Positions 1 through 7,216 of a stretch of DNA of 64,000 nt are shown here, piece by piece (positions within the stretch are counted from its first letter, which is position 1; each line of letters opens with the position of its first letter). Position numbers and translations under genes: made by a program. The notes below the pieces were generated by a model. It made no database searches and was not told where the DNA came from. It saw only the letters and a program-made list of their open reading frames with translations. Source of the DNA: a virus; the IMG/VR virus record IMGVR_UViG_3300027503_000009. One strand, given 5' to 3'.

Positions 1-43
1 GCAAAACAGATTCAGGTTGGTTAAAATCCAACACGATGCTCCA
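1..43 (+). tRNA. 3' part of a tRNA, probably Cys(GCA), cut by the window edge
   Basis: Begins with GCA, has T arm GTTGG-TTAAAAT-CCAAC and ends in TCCA. Confidence 0.55.
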
Positions 44-48
44 ATTTT

Positions 49-122
49 GGCTCGATAGTTTAATGGTAAAACGCATCTCTCATAAGGATGTATTTTGAGT
101 TCAATTCTCAATTGAGCCACCA
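49..122 (+). tRNA. tRNA-Met or Ile2 (CAT)
   Basis: Cloverleaf, anticodon loop CT-CAT-AA, TTCAATT T loop, encoded CCA. Confidence 0.9.
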
Positions 123-128
123 AGTTTT

Positions 129-212
129 AGTCGAGTGGTGGAACGGCATACACGTCAGTCTTAGGAACTGATTCCGAGAGGATTGTGGGTTCAAATCCCA
201 CCTCGACTACCA
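129..212 (+). tRNA. tRNA-Leu(TAG)
   Basis: AGTCGAG/CTCGACT acceptor, CT-TAG-GA loop, long variable arm, CCA. Confidence 0.92.
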
Positions 213-223
213 AATTAAAAAAT

Positions 224-252
224 TTGACAAATATCTGAAAGTATAGTATAAT
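224..252 (+). promoter_or_regulatory. sigma70-type promoter, probably giving a leaderless mRNA
   Basis: TTGACA-17-TATAAT with ATG 5 nt downstream at 258. Confidence 0.85.
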
Positions 253-257
253 TAATT

Positions 258-518
258 ATGGCTAAATACAATGTTTCTTTTGATATAGAAATTACAGATA
301 ATGATGTTGATATTGAATTTGTATATAAATCAATTCTAACTCAAGCTTTAGTTTCTCATATAAATGAATATATGAGATATTTTGTTAAATCTTTAGATGA
401 TAAGAACTCAGAATTAAAAAGTTTAAATAAAGATATTGCAAATCATCATAATACTTGGGCAAAAATTTTAGAATCTACTTCAAATTTTCAAGTATTAAAT
501 GTTGACAACAAGTTTTAA
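258..518 (+). CDS. hypothetical protein
   Basis: 86-aa ORF directly after a consensus promoter. Confidence 0.75.
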   Translation: MAKYNVSFDIEITDNDVDIEFVYKSILTQALVSHINEYMRYFVKSLDDKNSELKSLNKDIANHHNTWAKILESTSNFQVLNVDNKF

Positions 519-547
519 ATGTGGTATACTAAATAATGTAGTAAGTT

Positions 548-621
548 GGTTCGTTAGTTTAGTGGTAAAATATTCCGCTGTCTACGGAAAGTCGAGGGTT
601 CAATTCCCTCACGAACCGCCA
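548..621 (+). tRNA. tRNA-Asp(GTC)
   Basis: GGTTCGT/ACGAACC acceptor, CT-GTC-TA loop, CCA. Confidence 0.92.
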
Positions 622-632
622 AAAAGTTCTAT

Positions 633-668
633 GGGCGAGTAAGCTAATGGGAAACTGCTGCCTTTGCA
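633..668 (+). pseudogene. 5' half of a tRNA-Ala(TGC), broken just after the anticodon
   Basis: GGGCGAG-TA-D arm-CTGCC-TT-TGC-A, then unrelated sequence; no matching 3' half found. Confidence 0.7.
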
Positions 669-682
669 GAAAATTTGCAATA

Positions 683-690
683 TATAAATA
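683..690 (+). promoter_or_regulatory. T4-type late promoter
   Basis: TATAAATA followed by AAGGAG RBS and ATG at 706. Confidence 0.7.
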
Positions 691-705
691 TTCCAAGGAG
701 AATAT

Positions 706-1248
706 ATGTGGTATTGCAAATATTGTAAAAAAGATTTCAATTATGAAAGATTGACTGAAAAAGCAAATCATTCGAAATATTGTTCAGATAATCCGAAATC
801 AAAACTGATTAAAGAAGAACAACGAAAGAGAAGCAAGAAAAATATTACAAATAAATTTGGTAATAATGTCGAATTTCAAGTTGAATGTAATAAATGTAAA
901 TCTAAGTTCTTAGTTTCTGAAAGAGAAAACCTCTTTCCTCAAAAAGAAAAATACTTTTGTTCTAGAAAATGTGCTAATTCTTGTGGAGGTTCAGCTAAAG
1001 CATTAAAGTATCACGAAAATGATAATAAAAACTACGCTAGAATAGCTTGGAAACATCATAAAAAAGAATGTCTATATTGTGGTGAGAATAAGATTGTTGC
1101 AGTACATCATGTAAATTTCAATCATTATGATAATAGACCAGAAAATTTGGTTCCTCTATGTCCAACTCATCATCAATATGTACATAGTAGATATAAGTAT
1201 TTGATAGAAGAAAAATTAAATGAATATTTGAAAAACAAATGGGGGTAG
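706..1248 (+). CDS. HNH homing endonuclease with zinc-finger motifs
   Basis: CxxC motifs, FCSRKC, and the HNH motif VHHVNFNHYDNRPENLVPLCPTHHQYVH. Confidence 0.88.
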   Translation: MWYCKYCKKDFNYERLTEKANHSKYCSDNPKSKLIKEEQRKRSKKNITNKFGNNVEFQVECNKCKSKFLVSERENLFPQKEKYFCSRKCANSCGGSAKALKYHENDNKNYARIAWKHHKKECLYCGENKIVAVHHVNFNHYDNRPENLVPLCPTHHQYVHSRYKYLIEEKLNEYLKNKWG

Positions 1249-1319
1249 GGAATGCTTGGGGTGTTCGCCGCACTTGCAATGCGGATATCAGGTCGGTTCA
1301 AATCCGACTACTTCCACCA
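1241..1319 (+). tRNA. tRNA-Ala(TGC), overlapping the HNH stop codon
   Basis: GGGGGTA/TACTTCC acceptor with G3:U70, CCGCA-CT-TGC-AA-TGCGG, CCA. Confidence 0.85.
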
Positions 1320-1327
1320 AATTCATG

Positions 1328-1426
1328 TGTCTGTTAGTTTAGTGTTATACAAATTATTGTATGACTAGGAAAAACACCTAATATTTTAGATTAGGAGTCA
1401 TTGGTCGAATCCTCTACAGACCGCCA
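1328..1426 (+). ncRNA. tRNA-like RNA or pseudo-tRNA with a hairpin inserted in the D loop
   Basis: GTCTGT/ACAGAC acceptor ending GCCA, inserted GTTATACAA/TTGTATGAC hairpin, weak T stem. Confidence 0.55.
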
Positions 1427-1524
1427 AATTCTTAGTGATAGACGTGCGATTGATACCGAACTCAAGGTATCTAGTCAAGATTCGGAACTATAGTGAAATC
1501 CACTGAGAAGCGCAAAATTTTAAT

Positions 1525-1603
1525 GGCTCTGTGTAGCTGGATTGGTATACAGCATATGCCTGAAGAGCATAAGATTCCGGTTCGAATCCGGACGGAGCCA
1601 CCA
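1525..1603 (+). tRNA. tRNA-Phe(GAA)
   Basis: TATGC-CT-GAA-GA-GCATA, T arm, CCA. Confidence 0.9.
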
Positions 1604-1610
1604 AAAATAT

Positions 1611-1680
1611 GGGTACGTTAGCTTCCGGAAGCAATTGGTAAACTCATGAGTTGGGAGTTCGATTCTCCTCGTATCCACCA
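1611..1680 (+). ncRNA. tRNA-like RNA with no anticodon loop and an Ala identity pair
   Basis: GGGTACG/CGTATCC-A-CCA (G3:U70), T arm GGGAG-TTCGATT-CTCCT, no anticodon loop. Confidence 0.65.
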
Positions 1681-1688
1681 AAATATTA

Positions 1689-1802
1689 TGTTTGAATGGT
1701 GATTGGCACAGTCTAGAAGCGCACTAGACAGACCTGCAAAGGTGTGGTTCGATTCCACTAACGGCATTGGAATGCTACTGGTTCGACTCCAGCATTCAAA
1801 CA
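1689..1802 (+). ncRNA. structured RNA with two T-loop arms
   Basis: 10-bp closing stem; GTGG-TTCGATT-CCAC and CTGG-TTCGACT-CCAG; three further hairpins. Confidence 0.65.
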
Positions 1803-1808
1803 ACAACT

Positions 1809-1871
1809 TCGAGAGATGATAATATCCAGATCGTCACTTCCGATCTGTCAGTTTAACTGATCTCTCGACCA
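1809..1871 (+). ncRNA. miniature CCA-ending cloverleaf RNA
   Basis: CGAGAGA/TCTCTCG-A-CCA, 7-bp CAGATCG/CGATCTG arm, tiny D-like and T-like arms. Confidence 0.55.
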
Positions 1872-1885
1872 AAGTTTAATAATGT

Positions 1886-1960
1886 GGGGTATTGGTGCAA
1901 TGGTTAGCATAGAAGTCCTTCAAACTTCTGACAAGGGTTCGACTCCCTTATACCCTACCA
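1886..1960 (+). tRNA. atypical tRNA, anticodon TTC with C33; identity uncertain
   Basis: Complete cloverleaf; anticodon loop CCTTCAA. Confidence 0.75.
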
Positions 1961-2004
1961 AAAAGATTTGACAAAGCAAAAGATTTAAGGTATAATGGTT
2001 CTAT

Positions 2005-2166
2005 ATGATTGACTTGAACAAATTGGATAAACTCTATAGGAATTCGAAAGAAGATCCTGGTCCTTTCATTACTGCGATGTTTAAGCATTATGAAGAGATT
2101 TCAGAAGATTTGAGGTTGCTGAAAGCGATGCAATTAGAGCTAACAAAATTAAGACAAACTTTATGA
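2005..2166 (+). CDS. small hypothetical protein (53 aa, not in the ORF track)
   Basis: TTGACA-17-TATAAT upstream; reads MIDLNKLDKLYRNSKEDPGPFITAMF. Confidence 0.6.
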   Translation: MIDLNKLDKLYRNSKEDPGPFITAMFKHYEEISEDLRLLKAMQLELTKLRQTL

Positions 2167-2254
2167 TAGAATTCTTGAATCGAATGTGGGCATTAATTCC
2201 GATAATTGGAATTATTTTGTTTCCTTTCTGGTTCAAATTTCGAAAATAAGTTTT

Positions 2255-2343
2255 GGGTTGGTTGTCGAGATTGGCTTCGGCGCCAGGCTGTAACCCTGGT
2301 TCCCCTAGGGGAGTTGTAGGTTCGAATCCTACCCAACCCACCA
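2255..2343 (+). tRNA. tRNA-Tyr(GTA)
   Basis: CCAGG-CT-GTA-AC-CCTGG, long variable arm, CCA. Confidence 0.92.
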
Positions 2344-2430
2344 TATTAAGAAGGTAATGTATGTTCATGCGTTTGGTAAGACGAATTCAGGAACAAACCA
2401 ACAAATCAGATCGTATACAGGATAAATATT

Positions 2431-2628
2431 ATGGGAAAACTGAGACCACCATCACATGCATCAAATTTGCAAGATGCTCTAACAGATCTTGTAAAAACGG
2501 GAGCAACTAGAGATCAAATTCATGCTTTGGTTCTTGCAGTTCGACCAATTTATGGTAGTTGCGGTCCGACTTGGCCTCAATATGAATCTATGTTAAATCG
2601 CCTTTTTCCAGAAACAAAACAGGAATAA
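2431..2628 (+). CDS. hypothetical protein
   Basis: ORF with AGGA RBS. Confidence 0.6.
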   Translation: MGKLRPPSHASNLQDALTDLVKTGATRDQIHALVLAVRPIYGSCGPTWPQYESMLNRLFPETKQE

Positions 2629-2630
2629 TT

Positions 2631-2981
2631 ATGGACGAATACTTACAAACTAATTACCAAACAGTTCCAATTGTCGAATATGTCATTGCAAATTATGACG
2701 ACTTACCAAAGTCTTCATTCGATAATGAAGAGTGTGTAATTGTAAAGCAATTAGAAAATGATGATTTCGGTTATGGTCATCATTGCTATGAAGGAATTGG
2801 AGTTAATTCTGAAGGAAAGATTTTGTGGTGCTATTCGTCGGGTTGTTCTCGTAGCGGATCTTGTGGAATGGACCACACAACCACTGAAAAGGTCTTTGAA
2901 GTTGACAGTTTTGATCTTTCACAAATCAATCCAGAAGAAGTAAATTTTGAAAAACTGAGTGTTTCGTTTAGTTCGTACTAA
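2631..2981 (+). CDS. hypothetical acidic phage protein
   Basis: ORF with RBS; SSGCS motif. Confidence 0.7.
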   Translation: MDEYLQTNYQTVPIVEYVIANYDDLPKSSFDNEECVIVKQLENDDFGYGHHCYEGIGVNSEGKILWCYSSGCSRSGSCGMDHTTTEKVFEVDSFDLSQINPEEVNFEKLSVSFSSY

Positions 2982-3099
2982 ATTGTTGCTTGTAAATTGA
3001 GTAGGTCGATCACAGATAAAATTGAGTACCATCAGGATGCTGTACGAAAGTCCTGTTAGCGAATAGTGAATTGGGGGCTCAATACCTTACAATTTTTGA

Positions 3100-3181
3100 T
3101 GCGGAGTAGAGCAGTGGTCAGCTCGCATGGCTCATAACCATGAGGTCGTCTCAAACGGTTCGAATCCTACCTCCGCAACCA
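3100..3181 (+). tRNA. tRNA-Met(CAT), initiator-like, with an insertion in the T stem
   Basis: TGCGGAG/CTCCGCA acceptor, GAGC D stem, CT-CAT-AA loop, CCA. Confidence 0.8.
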
Positions 3182-3270
3182 AATTAAGCAGTGGGTCCGC
3201 CATCTACAAGCAGATGCAAATGTGCGGATGAAACAAATAGCTTGAAATTCACACTGCTTAATACAGATTA

Positions 3271-3356
3271 GGAAGATAGTTTAACAGGAAAAACCAGAGT
3301 ACTGATTGGGTACTAGTTCAAAGCTAACTGATCCGGGTTCGAGGTCCGGTCTTCCA
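3271..3356 (+). ncRNA. tRNA-like RNA with a branched anticodon domain
   Basis: GGAAGA/TCTTCC acceptor, GTTT/AAAC D arm, CCGGG-TTCGAGG-TCCGG T arm. Confidence 0.6.
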
Positions 3357-3572
3357 GAAAGATTGAATATGCCAAAACGAAGAAAACCAAGAACAACTGG
3401 TTCCGATCTAGACTTTGACGGAAGTCATATATTTGGTTGGCCAGCAAAAGAATTTACAATTGCTTGGCATAAATTATATACAAGATTGAGAAATGGTTTG
3501 TGTTTGGGTTGTGGTATGAAGATTTGCAAATGCAAATCTAAAAGTCCAAATACAAAATTTGGTGGTGTTTAA

Positions 3573-3785
3573 ATGAAACGTGTTTGCCCTAATTGCAATT
3601 CTTCAAATTTCATCGATGTCCCAGCGCTTGAGCAATGTCCTGATTGTGGTTTAGAATGTTGCTATCGTGGTGGCGGTCCTAATGATGTTTACGAACGAAT
3701 GATGCGTCGTGAAGAACGAAAACGTGAACTTGAAGAAGAAAAACGTGAGTTTGAAGATTGGGGAAGAAACAACGGTTTCTGGTAG
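3573..3785 (+). CDS. small zinc-ribbon protein
   Basis: CPNC and CPDC motifs. Confidence 0.7.
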   Translation: MKRVCPNCNSSNFIDVPALEQCPDCGLECCYRGGGPNDVYERMMRREERKRELEEEKREFEDWGRNNGFW

Positions 3786-3798
3786 TATAAATAGTTAT

Positions 3799-3872
3799 GC
3801 CTCTCTGGTGTAGTGGTAACATATCGGTCTCCAAAACCGCAGACGTCAGTTCGATTCTGACGGGAGGTGCCA
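3799..3872 (+). tRNA. tRNA-Trp(CCA)
   Basis: CT-CCA-AA loop, CCA end; late promoter TATAAATA at 3786. Confidence 0.9.
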
Positions 3873-3882
3873 AAAGATTAAT

Positions 3883-3959
3883 ATTCCCGTAGTTTAATTG
3901 TTTAAAACAGCAGTCTCCAAAACTGCAAGATCTCGGTTAGAATCCGAGCGGGAGTGCCA
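3883..3959 (+). tRNA. second tRNA-Trp(CCA)
   Basis: GCAGT-CT-CCA-AA-ACTGC, CCA end. Confidence 0.85.
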
Positions 3960-3966
3960 AAAATTT

Positions 3967-4059
3967 GCTCCTATGGTGTAATGGTAAGCACGGCAGCCTT
4001 ATAAGCTGTTCACTCCAGATTAGAGTACGGTCCAGGTTCGAATCCTGGTGGGAGCACCA
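3967..4059 (+). tRNA. tRNA-Ile(TAT) with a long variable arm
   Basis: GCAGC-CT-TAT-AA-GCTGT, ACTC/GAGT variable-arm stem, CCA. Confidence 0.85.
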
Positions 4060-4067
4060 AAGTTTTT

Positions 4068-4144
4068 GTGTCGTAAGTGTTATTGGTTTCGCACGGGAGT
4101 TTGTGACACTCTCAGGGTTGGTTCAATTCCAACACGACACCCCA
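4068..4144 (+). tRNA. tRNA-His(GTG)
   Basis: TT-GTG-AC loop, C73, CCA. Confidence 0.88.
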
Positions 4145-4155
4145 AAAAATAATAT

Positions 4156-4230
4156 GCGAGTGTGGTGTTAATGGTAGCACACTGGTCTTCCAAACCATTG
4201 GTATCGGTTCGAATCCGATCATTCGCTCCA
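4156..4230 (+). tRNA. tRNA-Gly(TCC)
   Basis: CT-TCC-AA loop, U73, CCA. Confidence 0.92.
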
Positions 4231-4238
4231 AAATTTTA

Positions 4239-4326
4239 GGAGAATGCTGAGGTTGGCTCCTCGCACGGTCTTGAAAACCGTAGTATCTCTAACGGGATAA
4301 TAGTTCGATGCTATCATTCTCCTCCA
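4239..4326 (+). tRNA. tRNA-Ser(TGA) with an 8/4 fold
   Basis: 8-bp GGAGAATG/CATTCTCC acceptor, 4-bp T stem, variable arm. Confidence 0.82.
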
Positions 4327-4329
4327 TAA

Positions 4330-4524
<195 letters not shown>

Positions 4525-4526
4525 AA

Positions 4527-4616
4527 GGAAAATTGGCAGAGTGGTATTGCACCTGATTGCTAATCAGTGGTCATCCTGAAAGGGATGCACAAGTTCGAAT
4601 CTTGTATTTTCCGCCA
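4527..4616 (+). tRNA. tRNA-Ser(GCT)
   Basis: TT-GCT-AA loop, long variable arm, GCCA end. Confidence 0.9.
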
Positions 4617-4662
4617 AATTTAGTTGACAAAAGTTGTTTATAGTGGTACAATAAAAATGTGA

Positions 4663-4740
4663 TGGCGTGTAGCTCAGTTGGTTTAGAGCGCAGACCTGAT
4701 AAGTCTGAGGTCACTGGTTCGATTCCAGTCACGCCAACCA
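4663..4740 (+). tRNA. tRNA-Ile(GAT)
   Basis: CT-GAT-AA loop, CCA; TTGACA-17-TACAAT upstream. Confidence 0.93.
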
Positions 4741-4760
4741 AAAAATAAAAAGGATAAATT

Positions 4761-5816
4761 ATGAGTTTTTTCATTAAGAATGGTAACAATTTCAGGGTCA
4801 CGCCTAATAATAACTTAGATATTAGTAATAATCTTCCACCTGGAAATTATACCGTTAAGTTTGATAATATGAATAAAGAATATTCTCTAGAACAGATTGA
4901 TTCTTTTTCATTACCCAAAAAGTTATATGGTGATGTTGAAAAAACCACAAGTAGAATTTTAACCACCTTTAATCAAAGACCAAATTCTACAGGTGTTATG
5001 CTTTCTGGTGAAAAAGGTTCAGGTAAAACACTACTAGCAAAGTCAATTTCAGTTAAAGCTGCTGAACTTGGTATTCCTACAATCATCATCAATCAACCTT
5101 GGTTTGGTGATGGTTTCAATGCTTTTATTCAGACCATTCAACAACCTGCTATTATCTTTTTTGATGAATTTGAAAAAGTTTATGCAGAAAAGGAACACCA
5201 AGAAGCAGTTCTAACACTTTTTGACGGTGTTTATCCTACTAAAAAGCTTTTCATTTGTACATGTAATGATAAGTTCAGAGTTGACACAAACATGAGAAAT
5301 CGTCCAGGTAGAATCTACTACATGATTGATTTTACTGGTCTTGATATTAATTTTATTCGTGAATATTGTGAAGAAAATTTAATCAATAAAGACAATATTA
5401 ATTCTGTTTGTAATATTTCTTCAATCTTTCATCAATTTAATTTTGATATGCTAAAAGCTATGATTGAAGAAATGAATCGTTATAATGAAACTGCACCTGA
5501 AGTAATTAAGGTAATCAATACAAAACCTGAATTTAGTTCAGCAGTTACTTATGATATTGAATTTATTCCAAATAATCCAATTCATTTTGGTTCAGATGGA
5601 TATACAAAAACATTTACAGGTAATCCTATTGTTAAAGATGTTTATATTGGATATGAGACTGATGATGGTGAATATGTTGATACACAATATTTTTACCCTA
5701 GTGACATTATTTCAATTGATCCTTCAGGTAAAGTAACCTATTTGGATAGTGATAATAATAAGTTAATTCTTACAAAGAAGATTGAAAAGAAACCTATGGA
5801 ATTCTTTGCCTTCTAA
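4761..5816 (+). CDS. AAA+ ATPase
   Basis: Walker A GEKGSGKT, Walker B IFFDEFEK, NRPGRI. Confidence 0.9.
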   Translation: MSFFIKNGNNFRVTPNNNLDISNNLPPGNYTVKFDNMNKEYSLEQIDSFSLPKKLYGDVEKTTSRILTTFNQRPNSTGVMLSGEKGSGKTLLAKSISVKAAELGIPTIIINQPWFGDGFNAFIQTIQQPAIIFFDEFEKVYAEKEHQEAVLTLFDGVYPTKKLFICTCNDKFRVDTNMRNRPGRIYYMIDFTGLDINFIREYCEENLINKDNINSVCNISSIFHQFNFDMLKAMIEEMNRYNETAPEVIKVINTKPEFSSAVTYDIEFIPNNPIHFGSDGYTKTFTGNPIVKDVYIGYETDDGEYVDTQYFYPSDIISIDPSGKVTYLDSDNNKLILTKKIEKKPMEFFAF

Positions 5817-5827
5817 ATAGTTTAAAC

Positions 5828-5901
5828 ACCCGCTTAGTGTAACGGCAGCACAAATGACTTTGACTCATTTAGTCTAGGTTCGAATCCTGGAGCGGGTGCC
5901 A
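5828..5901 (+). tRNA. tRNA-Gln(TTG)
   Basis: AATGA-CT-TTG-AC-TCATT, CCA. Confidence 0.92.
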
Positions 5902-5939
5902 AACTTGACAACAATTAAAAATTTTGGTATAATTAAATT

Positions 5940-6863
5940 ATGAAAGCATATATTACAATTGGTCTTCCTGCTTCTGGGAAAACGACCTGGGCCAAAGAGT
6001 TTTGTAAAACGAATAACGTTGTTCGTGTGAACAACGACGACATTCGTGAACTTATTTATGAGAAGGAAGGCCATCGGAATTGGACTGGCGAAGTCGAGAA
6101 ACAGGTCCGGTGGATTCGCAAAGCAAAGATTGTAGAAGCAGCAGGACACAATATGAGTGTTGTGGTGGATAACACTCACCTGAATCCAAAGACGCTTCAG
6201 CAGATCAAAGACTTTTGTGTTGATGTTGGATTCGAAGTTGAGTTGGTAGATTTCCGTCATGTGCCTCTTGAAGAGTGCATCCGCCGTGATTCTTTGCGTG
6301 AAGCGAAAGTTGGAGAAAAGGTAATTCGTGATATGTATGATAAATTTATGAAAACTCCGATTGATCGTGATCTCCCAAAATGGGAACCTAATCGACTATA
6401 TAATTGTATTATTGTTGATATTGATGGTACTCTTGCTCAAATGAAAGATCGTGGACCTTATGATGAACATAAAGTATATCAAGACGATGTTCGAAATCAT
6501 GTCTTAATGACTGTTAAGGCATTGAAGATGATCAATCCGAATTTTAAAATATTTATTTTTACTGGACGTTCTGAAAAGTGTTCAACTGAAACTGTTAAAT
6601 GGCTAGAAGATAAATGTGGCTTTTATGTTCTGAATCATCATGATGAATATGATGATTTTCGATTAAATGTTGAACTTCATATGAGACAAGAAAATGATCG
6701 TCGTAGAGATTCAGAAGTAAAAATGGATATGTACAATCAATTCATCAAGTATAAATATAATGTATTTGCTGTTTTTGATGATCGCCCACAAGTCATCAGA
6801 GAATGTTGGAAAGTATTAAATGTTCCAGTTTTTAATTGTGGATTAATAGATTTGGAGTTCTAA
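5940..6863 (+). CDS. pseT: polynucleotide 5'-kinase/3'-phosphatase
   Basis: GLPASGKT P-loop, DIDGT HAD motif, FDDRPQV. Confidence 0.92.
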   Translation: MKAYITIGLPASGKTTWAKEFCKTNNVVRVNNDDIRELIYEKEGHRNWTGEVEKQVRWIRKAKIVEAAGHNMSVVVDNTHLNPKTLQQIKDFCVDVGFEVELVDFRHVPLEECIRRDSLREAKVGEKVIRDMYDKFMKTPIDRDLPKWEPNRLYNCIIVDIDGTLAQMKDRGPYDEHKVYQDDVRNHVLMTVKALKMINPNFKIFIFTGRSEKCSTETVKWLEDKCGFYVLNHHDEYDDFRLNVELHMRQENDRRRDSEVKMDMYNQFIKYKYNVFAVFDDRPQVIRECWKVLNVPVFNCGLIDLEF

Positions 6864-7032
6864 TGTCACCACCTGTATTTTTTACTGCACTAGCTGTTAT
6901 TCTTTGTTATCTTTGTTATAAATTAGGAGTAGCTTTAGAGAGAGAAAAATGGATTTACCATCTACACTTTCTTGAACGTGGTGTTGCGAAATGTTACAGA
7001 AATGGTAAAGTAGATCTTCTTTAAGAGGAAAT

Positions 7033-7215
7033 ATGTACGAGAATTTAATTGGAAAAAATGTTGATGAAGTTAGAGATTTTTTAAAAGAAAATCAAATTCC
7101 TTCAAGAGTTGTAAATATTGATGGTGTCCCATTCATGTTGACAAATGATTATAATCCAGCCAGATTAAATCTTTCTGTTGAAAATGGTTTGGTTACTGAA
7201 GTAATTATAGGTTAA
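7033..7215 (+). CDS. small serine-protease-inhibitor-like protein (potato inhibitor I / I78 fold)
   Basis: Pattern LIGK...LTNDYNPARLNLSVENGLV...G. Confidence 0.65.
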   Translation: MYENLIGKNVDEVRDFLKENQIPSRVVNIDGVPFMLTNDYNPARLNLSVENGLVTEVIIG

Positions 7216-7216
7216 T

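Noticed and set aside
633-1319. Group I intron in tRNA-Ala
   Set aside because: The downstream tRNA is complete, its 3' half does not pair with the upstream 5' half, and there is no room for an intron core.
1886-1960. Stop-codon reassignment via a UGA suppressor
   Set aside because: The centred anticodon is TTC, and all core genes are intact in code 11 with TAA, TAG and TGA all used as stops.
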